From the IMG/VR virus record IMGVR_UViG_3300045988_006728: 64,000 nt of DNA; one strand, given 5' to 3'. The position numbers were made by a program, and so were the translations under genes. Below are positions 1 to 5,883 of this stretch, in pieces. The notes under the pieces were generated by a model. That model was given only the letters and a program-made list of their open reading frames with translations, searched no databases and was not told where the DNA came from. Position 1 is the stretch's first letter. Every line of letters begins with the position of its first letter. Origin of the DNA: a virus (lineage: Duplodnaviria; Heunggongvirae; Uroviricota; Caudoviricetes).

Positions 1-190
1 TTAAAAAAGTTGTTGACAAAGTACTTGACAAGGTGTAGGCTTCTAAATACTTAGAAGATAACTTAAAAGGTTCCTCTAAAAAGGCTATTTAAACAGATAT
101 CTTTCTGGATATCTATCTTTTATCTTAAAAGCCTTTTAAGAGGTCTTATAAGAGGCATACCAATGAAAAACAGAACAAACAAAGGCCAGT
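1..190. repeat. Tandem direct repeat, copy 1 (190-bp unit)
   Basis: Positions 1-190 are identical to 191-380; the unit carries two TTGACA hexamers, palindromes CTTCTAA-ATAC-TTAGAAG and AGATATC-N6-GATATCT, and the first 12 codons of the ORF at 353. Confidence 0.9.
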
Positions 191-389
191 TTAAAAAAGT
201 TGTTGACAAAGTACTTGACAAGGTGTAGGCTTCTAAATACTTAGAAGATAACTTAAAAGGTTCCTCTAAAAAGGCTATTTAAACAGATATCTTTCTGGAT
301 ATCTATCTTTTATCTTAAAAGCCTTTTAAGAGGTCTTATAAGAGGCATACCAATGAAAAACAGAACAAACAAAGGCCAGTTTAAAAAAG
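191..389. repeat. Tandem direct repeat, copy 2 plus 9-nt start of a third copy
   Basis: Exact repetition of 1-190; sequence diverges after ttaaaaaag at 381-389. Confidence 0.9.
203..243 (+). promoter_or_regulatory. Sigma70-like promoter with duplicated -35 (TTGACA-N6-TTGACA); identical copy at 13-53
   Basis: TTGACA at 203-208 and 215-220 inside the conserved 12-mer CTTGACAAGGTG; the -10 region is weak (TAGGCT/TACTTA). Confidence 0.4.
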
Positions 390-724
390 GCCAATCTGGA
401 AACCCATCTGGAAGACCAAAAGGCTCTCGTAACAAAAGCTCACTTGTAAAAGCTCAACTGACCATTGATAATTCTGCTGAGTTTGCTGCAAAACTGTTTG
501 AGGCGATTGTTACAAGAGATGCTGCTAAGCTTGCAGAGTTCGGGTTAAACACAGACGACGTAACCATCAAGAGCATGATTGAGGTCGGTAAAACTATCAT
601 GACTCACTCAGCAGGTGAGATGAAAGCGATTGCAGCAGACACTAAGAAGACACCTGATAATGGTGGTCAGTCTCAGACAGATAACAAACCAACGTTCTCT
701 GCTGTAGCGATTCTCAAAAAATAA
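353..724 (+). CDS. Hypothetical basic protein with N-terminal Gly/Pro/Arg-rich motif (GNPSGRPKGSRN)
   Basis: 123-aa ORF; its start codon and first 12 codons lie inside the tandem repeat. Confidence 0.5.
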   Translation: MKNRTNKGQFKKGQSGNPSGRPKGSRNKSSLVKAQLTIDNSAEFAAKLFEAIVTRDAAKLAEFGLNTDDVTIKSMIEVGKTIMTHSAGEMKAIAADTKKTPDNGGQSQTDNKPTFSAVAILKK

Positions 725-736
725 TTTTAAAAGGTG

Positions 737-771
737 TTGACAGACTCTACAAAGTTGCTCTAAAGTCTGTC
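737..771 (+). promoter_or_regulatory. Promoter overlapped by an 8-bp inverted repeat (GACAGACT-N17-AGTCTGTC)
   Basis: TTGACA at 737-742; perfect inverted repeat 739-746/764-771 spans the spacer and -10 region upstream of the ORF at 807. Confidence 0.45.
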
Positions 772-806
772 ACATCAACAAACAAAATGAGAGAAGAGAG
801 TAAAAT

Positions 807-2222
807 ATGAGCGAATTATTCAAACATGCGCACCTTCATGCAGGTCGAACTGAAAATGGTGCTGTAAACCATACTTCATCAATGTCTGCTCTTGTAGACT
901 TTTACAAAGCTGCTGGTTCAAGCCGTAGCAACGTAGAAATCTTACCAGACCTGTTCTACAAAGCTTTGCGTGAGGATGTTGATGTTGCAGTTCGTATTTT
1001 GCTTCATATGCGAGATGTACGAGAAGGTATGGGTGAGCGTAAAGCCTTCAGAACTGTTTTACTTCAAGCGATTGAAGACAAAGTTTTAGAGCCTACGCAG
1101 GTTCTTCGCATTATGGATAAGATTGCAGAACTTGGTCGTTTTGATGACTTCAAAATCTTCGTAGGTACTCGTTTCGAGACAGATGCCTTCAAACATCTAG
1201 AAGCAGCATTACTAGACCCTGCAACAGCAGGTTTGGCGGCTAAGTGGTTACCACGAGTCAAACCACGTCATAAGCAGTTTGTAAAACGTTTCTGCAAGTT
1301 TGCCAACTTGAGTGAGAAAGAGTACCGCACACTGTTGTCTGCACTATCTGATACAGTTGAGCAAAAAATCTCTGCTAATGAGTTTGGTAAGATTGACTAC
1401 AGTAAGATTCCTTCACTTGCTGCTGCACGTTACCAAAAACTGTTTAACCGCAAAGATGGAGAACGCTACAAAGCTTACATCGAGTCCTTATCAAAGGGTG
1501 AGGCTAAGATTAATGCTGGTGCTGTTTACCCATACGATGTAATTAAATCTGTTAAGCATGGTAATGCAGATGTTGCTAATGAGCAGTGGAAAGCACTACC
1601 AAACTGGATGGCAGAGGGTGAAAACATCTTGTGTATGTCTGATGTTTCAAGCTCAATGTCTTGGGTGAATTTTGGTTCAATTACTGCTCTTGATATTGGT
1701 GTTTCACTTGCATTGTATGTAGCAGAACGTAATACAGGTTGCTTTAAGAATGAGTTGATGGTTTATTCAACAAACCCTCACTTCATCGAACTGAGTGGTG
1801 ATTTACGAAACCGTAATCGTCAGGTGATGCGACACGTTGAATATGGCTCAACTAACTTACAAGCAGCTTTTGACCGCATTCTTGAGATAGGTAAGAGAAA
1901 CAACTTGACTCAGAAAGATATGCCAAGTAAGCTTATCATCTTCTCCGATATGGAGTTCAATCAGGTTGATGGGGCTAACGGTCGTACAAACTTTGAAGCA
2001 ATTCAGAGTAAGTACAAAAAAGCTGGATACGAAATGCCTCAACTGGTATTCTGGTACTTAGCAAACCGTAATGGTACTTGCGAAGTGTCTGTTAAGGATA
2101 ACGGTGTAGCAATGGTATCTGGTTTTTCTCCAGCTACTTTAAAAGCTCTGCTTGGTGGTGAGAAGTTTGACCCAATCAGCGTAATGCTCAAAGCAGTAAT
2201 GATTGACCGTTATATCTGGTAA
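807..2222 (+). CDS. vWA-domain protein with MIDAS motif (D-V-S-S-S); possible TROVE/Ro60-like RNA-binding protein
   Basis: 471-aa ORF; DxSxS at ILCMSDVSSSMS about residue 276 with hydrophobic beta-strand context; helical N-terminal domain beginning TENGAV...LVDFYKAAGS, loosely like the Ro60 N-terminus as recalled. Confidence 0.45.
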   Translation: MSELFKHAHLHAGRTENGAVNHTSSMSALVDFYKAAGSSRSNVEILPDLFYKALREDVDVAVRILLHMRDVREGMGERKAFRTVLLQAIEDKVLEPTQVLRIMDKIAELGRFDDFKIFVGTRFETDAFKHLEAALLDPATAGLAAKWLPRVKPRHKQFVKRFCKFANLSEKEYRTLLSALSDTVEQKISANEFGKIDYSKIPSLAAARYQKLFNRKDGERYKAYIESLSKGEAKINAGAVYPYDVIKSVKHGNADVANEQWKALPNWMAEGENILCMSDVSSSMSWVNFGSITALDIGVSLALYVAERNTGCFKNELMVYSTNPHFIELSGDLRNRNRQVMRHVEYGSTNLQAAFDRILEIGKRNNLTQKDMPSKLIIFSDMEFNQVDGANGRTNFEAIQSKYKKAGYEMPQLVFWYLANRNGTCEVSVKDNGVAMVSGFSPATLKALLGGEKFDPISVMLKAVMIDRYIW

Positions 2223-2237
2223 AAAGTTTTAAAAAGG

Positions 2238-2275
2238 GTATTGACAATGTGTTTGATACCCTTTAATATGTTCTA
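2238..2275 (+). promoter_or_regulatory. Sigma70-like promoter (TTGACA-17-TAATAT)
   Basis: Good -35/-10 match with 17-bp spacer upstream of the tRNA array. Confidence 0.5.
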
Positions 2276-2330
2276 CATAGAAACGAAACGAGAGCTTTTC
2301 TAAGATACTGAAAAATATTTTAAAAAAGTT

Positions 2331-2368
2331 CTTGACAATCACTAAAAAATAATGTTAAAGTGGTTACA
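2331..2368 (+). promoter_or_regulatory. Sigma70-like promoter (TTGACA-17-TTAAAG)
   Basis: Second promoter in tandem directly upstream of the first tRNA. Confidence 0.4.
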
Positions 2369-2387
2369 TAGAGTTTGAAAAGTTTAT

Positions 2388-2464
2388 CTCTGTTTAGCTC
2401 AGCTTGGTAGAGCGTTCCGTTTGGGGCGGTAAGGCCGGAGGTTCAAGTCCTCCAACAGAGACCA
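2388..2464 (+). tRNA. tRNA-Pro (anticodon TGG)
   Basis: Acceptor ctctgtt/aacagag, D-arm gctc-agcttggta-gagc, T-arm ggagg-ttcaagt-cctcc, anticodon loop tttgggg, encoded CCA. Confidence 0.7.
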
Positions 2465-2471
2465 AATTAAT

Positions 2472-2549
2472 GTTCCAGTAGACAAAATGGTAAAGTCACC
2501 ACTCTTTCAAAGTGGATATCTGAGGGTTCAAATCCCTTCTGGAACGCCA
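2472..2549 (+). tRNA. tRNA-Glu (anticodon TTC)
   Basis: Acceptor gttccag/ctggaac, anticodon stem ccact/agtgg with loop ctttcaa, T-loop ttcaaat, CCA. Confidence 0.7.
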
Positions 2550-2556
2550 GTTTTGA

Positions 2557-2628
2557 CAGAAGACCAATTACAGCAAACTTAATCTACTCATCTGACACGA
2601 AATCGGACAAAGAAGATATTTGGTCTGG
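2557..2628 (+). ncRNA. Structured inter-tRNA element, unit 1 (A box CAGAAGACC ... B box GGTCTGG); candidate Y RNA-like stem-loop
   Basis: AGACC of the A box pairs with GGTCT of the B box; conserved TaCAGCAA follows the A box; same framing repeated at three other sites. Confidence 0.35.
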
Positions 2629-2639
2629 TCATTGAGAAT

Positions 2640-2716
2640 TGCGGGTATAGAGAAAGGGCGTCTCACATGTCTCATTAGCATGGTATCGGCAGGTTCGACT
2701 CCTGCACCCGCCTCCA
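2640..2716 (+). tRNA. tRNA-Met (anticodon CAT)
   Basis: Anticodon stem catgt/gcatg with loop ctcatta, T-arm gcagg-ttcgact-cctgc, CCA; first acceptor pair mismatched and position 37 is T. Confidence 0.55.
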
Positions 2717-2722
2717 ATTTTG

Positions 2723-2782
2723 CAGAAGACCGTATTCAGCAACAAAATACTTTTTGCGGATAAAAGAAAAAACACGGTCTGG
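2723..2782 (+). ncRNA. Structured inter-tRNA element, unit 2 (A/B box framed)
   Basis: CAGAAGACCgtaTtCAGCAA at 2723 and GGTCTGG at 2776; the inner helix shows compensatory changes relative to unit 1. Confidence 0.35.
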
Positions 2783-2793
2783 CAATGTATTAA

Positions 2794-2870
2794 GGTTAGG
2801 AAGCACATAAGGTATGTGCGGTCGCCTGTTAAGCGAATGGCACAGGGTTCGAATCCCTGACTAACCGCCA
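2794..2870 (+). tRNA. tRNA-Asn (anticodon GTT)
   Basis: Anticodon loop ctgttaa, T-arm caggg-ttcgaat-ccctg, acceptor 3' strand actaacc, CCA. Confidence 0.65.
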
Positions 2871-2879
2871 AATTTAAAT

Positions 2880-2967
2880 GTGTCGTTATCCCGTAGATGG
2901 TAGCGGTGGGGACTGTAAATCCCTTGTCATTGAGACTCGGTAGGTTCGACTCCTACACGGCACACCA
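2880..2967 (+). tRNA. tRNA-Tyr (anticodon GTA), class II with long variable arm
   Basis: 88 nt; anticodon stem gggga/tccct with loop ctgtaaa; T-arm gtagg-ttcgact-cctac; CCA. Confidence 0.65.
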
Positions 2968-2972
2968 ATAAA

Positions 2973-3050
2973 GGTTATGTAGTTTAATTTGGTTAAAATA
3001 CTCCCCTGTCACGGGAGATGATGAGGGTTCAAATCCCTTCGTAACCGCCA
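2973..3050 (+). tRNA. tRNA-Asp (anticodon GTC)
   Basis: Anticodon stem ctccc/gggag with loop ctgtcac; T-loop ttcaaat; CCA. Confidence 0.65.
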
Positions 3051-3111
3051 ATTTTGAGAGGGCTATTTAGCCCCTCCCTTAAAGGGTTCTTACGAGTATC
3101 CTTTAAAGGAG

Positions 3112-3184
3112 CAGAAGACCAAATACAGCAAGAACGTATGAAATTTCAAGCCAATTTAATTTTGAAAATTTAAACTTGGTCTGG
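3112..3184 (+). ncRNA. Structured inter-tRNA element, unit 3a (A/B box framed)
   Basis: CAGAAGACCaaaTaCAGCAA at 3112 and GGTCTGG at 3178. Confidence 0.35.
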
Positions 3185-3197
3185 CTCAACAAATTTA

Positions 3198-3329
3198 CAG
3201 AAGACCGTTTACAGCAAAACTTAAACAATCTATTTCTCCGGTAAAGAAAAGGCGAAGGTTCGATTCCTTCACTCGGCAGATGTCGAGTTGGTGTAATGGT
3301 AGCACTTAAGATGATAAACAACGGTCTGG
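3198..3329 (+). ncRNA. Structured element, unit 3b, with internal tRNA-mimic domain; candidate YrlA-like Y RNA
   Basis: A box at 3198 and B box at 3323 frame a T-arm (gaagg-ttcgatt-ccttc, 3254-3270), a 7-bp acceptor-like helix closed by a 4-nt loop (actcggc-agat-gtcgagt, 3271-3288) and a D-arm (gtg-taatggtag-cac); there is no anticodon arm. Confidence 0.4.
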
Positions 3330-3330
3330 T

Positions 3331-3474
3331 AATTATCTTTGTAGATAAGTTATTAAGCTTACCTGTGAGTATGCGACCACAAAGGGTGAAAGGGTAAATT
3401 CTAGATTTAAACCCAAAAAGGCACATCGCTACAGACCTTAAGCAAGTCTGGGTAGCTTATCTACAAAGATAATT
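3331..3474 (+). repeat. Perfect 19-bp inverted repeat (AATTATCTTTGTAGATAAG) flanking a 106-bp structured segment
   Basis: 3331-3349 is the exact reverse complement of 3456-3474; the interior holds further hairpins (cagac-N8-gtctg); ends 4 nt before tRNA-Lys. Confidence 0.6.
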
Positions 3475-3478
3475 TAAT

Positions 3479-3554
3479 GGAAGTGTAGCAGAATGGTGAT
3501 GCGGCAGACTTTTAATCTGACAGGCGATGGGTTCGAATCCCTCCACTTCTACCA
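3479..3554 (+). tRNA. tRNA-Lys (anticodon TTT)
   Basis: Anticodon loop cttttaa, D-loop aatggtga, T-loop ttcgaat, acceptor ggaagtg/cacttct, CCA; paralog of the tRNA at 5201. Confidence 0.7.
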
Positions 3555-3558
3555 ATAT

Positions 3559-3635
3559 GGTTCAGTCGCAGATAAGGTAATGCAGGGGTCTCATAAGCCC
3601 TATGAATGTGGGTTCGATTCCCATCTGAACCTCCA
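3559..3635 (+). tRNA. tRNA with anticodon CAT (Met, fMet or Ile2)
   Basis: Perfect acceptor ggttcag/ctgaacc, anticodon loop ctcataa, T-loop ttcgatt, CCA. Confidence 0.7.
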
Positions 3636-3636
3636 A

Positions 3637-3712
3637 GCTGGTATAGTTAAGAAGGTTATAACACTCCCCTGATAAGGGAACATCGGTGGTTCGATTCCAC
3701 CTACCAGTACCA
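3637..3712 (+). tRNA. tRNA-Ile (anticodon GAT)
   Basis: Anticodon loop ctgataa, T-arm ggtgg-ttcgatt-ccacc, CCA. Confidence 0.7.
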
Positions 3713-3723
3713 ATTTCAATAAA

Positions 3724-3759
3724 GTTGTTGACATTGAGATGTGACTACTTTATAGTAAC
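3724..3759 (+). promoter_or_regulatory. Sigma70-like promoter (TTGACA-17-TATAGT)
   Basis: Strong -35/-10 match; followed by about 230 nt of structured non-coding sequence before tRNA-Arg. Confidence 0.5.
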
Positions 3760-3987
3760 CTTAGTTTTCGTTGCGTAGCGTCTATTTTGCAAATTTAAAA
3801 TAAATGCAAACGACAATGTTTTTCTGGCAGTAGCTTGATAGGCTAAACACCAGTGAGGTCTTCCAATCCCTCATCAAAGAATTTGGCGTACTCGCCCACG
3901 GTATGATTAATAATGTGGGCAACACTCTAAAGGGTATCCCTTATGGGTCTTGGCTTAAATGCAATAAGTACCCTTTAAAATGTTAAT

Positions 3988-4064
3988 GCACCCTTAGTTC
4001 AATTGGATAGAGCAACGGTCTTCTAAATCGTTAGTTACAGGTTCGAATCCTGTAGGGTGTGCCA
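3988..4064 (+). tRNA. tRNA-Arg (anticodon TCT)
   Basis: Anticodon stem acggt/atcgt with loop cttctaa; T-loop ttcgaat; acceptor gcaccct/agggtgt; CCA. Confidence 0.7.
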
Positions 4065-4207
4065 ATTTAGTTAGCAGATTGCTTAGACGACCTTATCGGG
4101 TCTCCGTGTAAGGAGGTGGTCTGTATCTCATGTTTTCCAGAACATGTAAATAATCTGAGAAGGTGCTTTACAGTGTTGAGATAATACGGTAAGCTTCGAA
4201 TTATAGT

Positions 4208-4290
4208 GTGGGACGATGTTAAGACTCTAAGGCATGAGCAACGGCCTCCAAAACCGTTTCAAAGTGGTTCAACTCCTCCGTCCCATGCCA
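4208..4290 (+). tRNA. Atypical tRNA-like gene, anticodon loop ctCCAaa (Trp?), 8-bp acceptor helix
   Basis: 8-bp helix gtgggacg/cgtcccat, discriminator G, CCA and T-loop ttcaact are present, but the D-region is about 8 nt too long for a canonical fold. Confidence 0.35.
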
Positions 4291-4303
4291 AAGTCTTATT
4301 AGG

Positions 4304-4393
4304 GGTAGGTAGCGGCTAATGGTAGCCAAACTGTCTTGAAAACAGTTGCCACTGTAGAGATACGGTGAGGGTTCGACTCCTTTACTTACCGCC
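4304..4393 (+). tRNA. tRNA-Ser (anticodon TGA), class II
   Basis: 90 nt; anticodon stem actgt/acagt with loop cttgaaa; long variable arm; T-loop ttcgact; discriminator G; only CC of CCA encoded. Confidence 0.65.
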
Positions 4394-4662
4394 TAATAAG
4401 ATTTAAAGCCAAGCTTCATTCGGATGTTGCTTTGGTATCCCTCGTGTATTGTCGTACACGCACAGTAAAGCACCTAGTAGGTGTCACGGAGAAGAGATAA
4501 TATCAAGCTCTCCAAAGGTTCTAGTCACCGGATTAAACAAGACTATGCAAAGACCTTTTTAGGTCTTTTTAGAGGGCTTCTAAGGTTATTACAGCTTGTT
4601 GTGGAACCTTGTTGCTTAGGTTCTTAGAAGTTCTCTAAAAAGATTTAATGGGAGATTGACAT

Positions 4663-5115
4663 ATGGCACGTAGCAGTTTGACTAAAGATATTCTTGAACC
4701 TTTAGTAAAGGGTTCAGTATCATTCAGAGAAGTGCTTATAAAGCTTGGGAGAAAACCATCAGGTGGTTCTCAGTCACATCTAAAGCGTGTTATAGAGAAG
4801 TTTGAAATAGACACTTCTCATTTCCTCGGACAAAAGGCTGGTAAGATTAAAACTGTACCAAAAAGAAAGCCTGAAGAAATCTTAATTCTACGTGAATCTG
4901 GTGAAAGAGCAAGGTCTTCACAACTAAGAAGAGCTTTAATAGCATCTGGTATCGAATACAAATGCTCTAAATGCGGTCAGTTACCGGAGTGGTTGGGCAA
5001 CCCTCTAACTCTTGATGTTGACCACATTAATGAGAACTGGTTAGATGATAGAAAAGAGAATCTTCGGTTCTTATGTCCAAATTGCCACAGTCAATTCTCA
5101 AGGCATTTGATTTAA
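4663..5115 (+). CDS. HNH homing endonuclease inside the tRNA array
   Basis: 150-aa ORF with C-terminal HNH signature DVDHINENW...RFLCPNCHSQ; stop codon lies 2 nt before the next tRNA. Confidence 0.7.
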   Translation: MARSSLTKDILEPLVKGSVSFREVLIKLGRKPSGGSQSHLKRVIEKFEIDTSHFLGQKAGKIKTVPKRKPEEILILRESGERARSSQLRRALIASGIEYKCSKCGQLPEWLGNPLTLDVDHINENWLDDRKENLRFLCPNCHSQFSRHLI

Positions 5116-5116
5116 T

Positions 5117-5193
5117 GCACCTATAGCCCAACTGGTAGAGGCAGCAGACTTAGAATCTGCTCAGTGTGAGTTCGAATCTCTCTAGGTGTACCA
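5117..5193 (+). tRNA. tRNA with anticodon TAG (decodes Leu CUA) but class I, short-variable-arm fold
   Basis: Acceptor gcaccta/taggtgt, anticodon stem gcaga/tctgc with loop cttagaa, T-loop ttcgaat, CCA; variable arm only 5 nt. Confidence 0.55.
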
Positions 5194-5200
5194 AATTAAT

Positions 5201-5276
5201 GCAGGTGTAGCAAAATGGTTATGCGGCTGACTCTTAATCAGTAAGACGATGGGTTCAATTCCCTCCACCTGTACCA
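5201..5276 (+). tRNA. tRNA-Lys (anticodon CTT)
   Basis: Paralog of tRNA-Lys(TTT) at 3479 with a compensatory change in the anticodon stem; loop ctcttaa; CCA. Confidence 0.65.
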
Positions 5277-5282
5277 GACATT

Positions 5283-5358
5283 GGGGATGTAGTTTACATG
5301 GTTAAAACATAAGTTTTGCAAACTTAAGTACAGGGTTCAATTCCCTGCTTCTCCACCA
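5283..5358 (+). tRNA. tRNA-Ala (anticodon TGC)
   Basis: G3-U70 wobble pair in the acceptor stem (ggggatg/cttctcc), anticodon loop tttgcaa, T-arm caggg-ttcaatt-ccctg, CCA. Confidence 0.7.
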
Positions 5359-5364
5359 ATTAGT

Positions 5365-5439
5365 GCATCCATAGTTTAAACGGGAAAATTACAGTCTTCC
5401 AAACTGAGGTTGAGGGTTCGAGTCCCTTCGGATTCTCCA
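5365..5439 (+). tRNA. tRNA-Gly (anticodon TCC), acceptor stem imperfect
   Basis: Anticodon loop cttccaa, T-arm gaggg-ttcgagt-ccctt, CCA; two mismatches in the acceptor helix. Confidence 0.5.
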
Positions 5440-5477
5440 AGTTATTTTACTCTCTCTCAATTAAAATAATAATAATG

Positions 5478-5528
5478 CCCTGCTATAAGTATTCTTCCTT
5501 TCGCTACCGAAGAGTATTTTTAGACAGG
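5478..5528 (+). terminator. Hairpin plus T-run at the end of the tRNA array
   Basis: gccctg...cagggc followed by tttttt. Confidence 0.35.
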
Positions 5529-5661
5529 GCTTTTTTACAGAGTTATACTTTATAGGAAGACTTATACAGTATGTCTCTGACGTACATTGTGGTTTCTCCT
5601 TGACGGTCTCTGTGCCGTCTTTTTTAAGGGGAAACATGGTTAATTATTTGGAGAAAACATA

Positions 5662-5862
5662 ATGAGTGAGACCGTTTACAAAGAACTTTATGAAGCTAAT
5701 AAAAAGCTAGAATTTATGCAGAACACTATCATGGCAATTGCAGATAGATTATCTGTAGCAACAGGTATTGATATTAAAGAAGCATCTATGGATGCACTTC
5801 TTGATGCTGTTGATGCAAAGTTCGAAGTTAAGAAAGAAGAGACTGCTACAGACTCTGAATAA
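5662..5862 (+). CDS. Hypothetical small protein upstream of the large terminase (small terminase role unproven)
   Basis: 66-aa ORF tightly coupled to the terminase gene. Confidence 0.35.
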   Translation: MSETVYKELYEANKKLEFMQNTIMAIADRLSVATGIDIKEASMDALLDAVDAKFEVKKEETATDSE

Positions 5863-5883
5863 TTCTATTTGCGGAGGCGCTTA

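Noticed and set aside
3250-3305. Minus-strand tRNA explaining the permuted tRNA-like pieces
   Set aside because: Both the T-loop (GGTTCGATTCC) and D-loop (TAATGGTAG) consensus read correctly on the plus strand, so the permuted order is real on one strand.
2629-3426. Minus-strand ORFs 2629-2871 and 3103-3426 in the tRNA array
   Set aside because: They overlap tRNA genes and structured RNA elements on the opposite strand; Cys/Arg-rich improbable proteins with no start context.
4208-4290. Selenocysteine tRNA, suggested by the 8-bp acceptor stem
   Set aside because: The anticodon loop contains CCA, not TCA, and no long variable arm is present.
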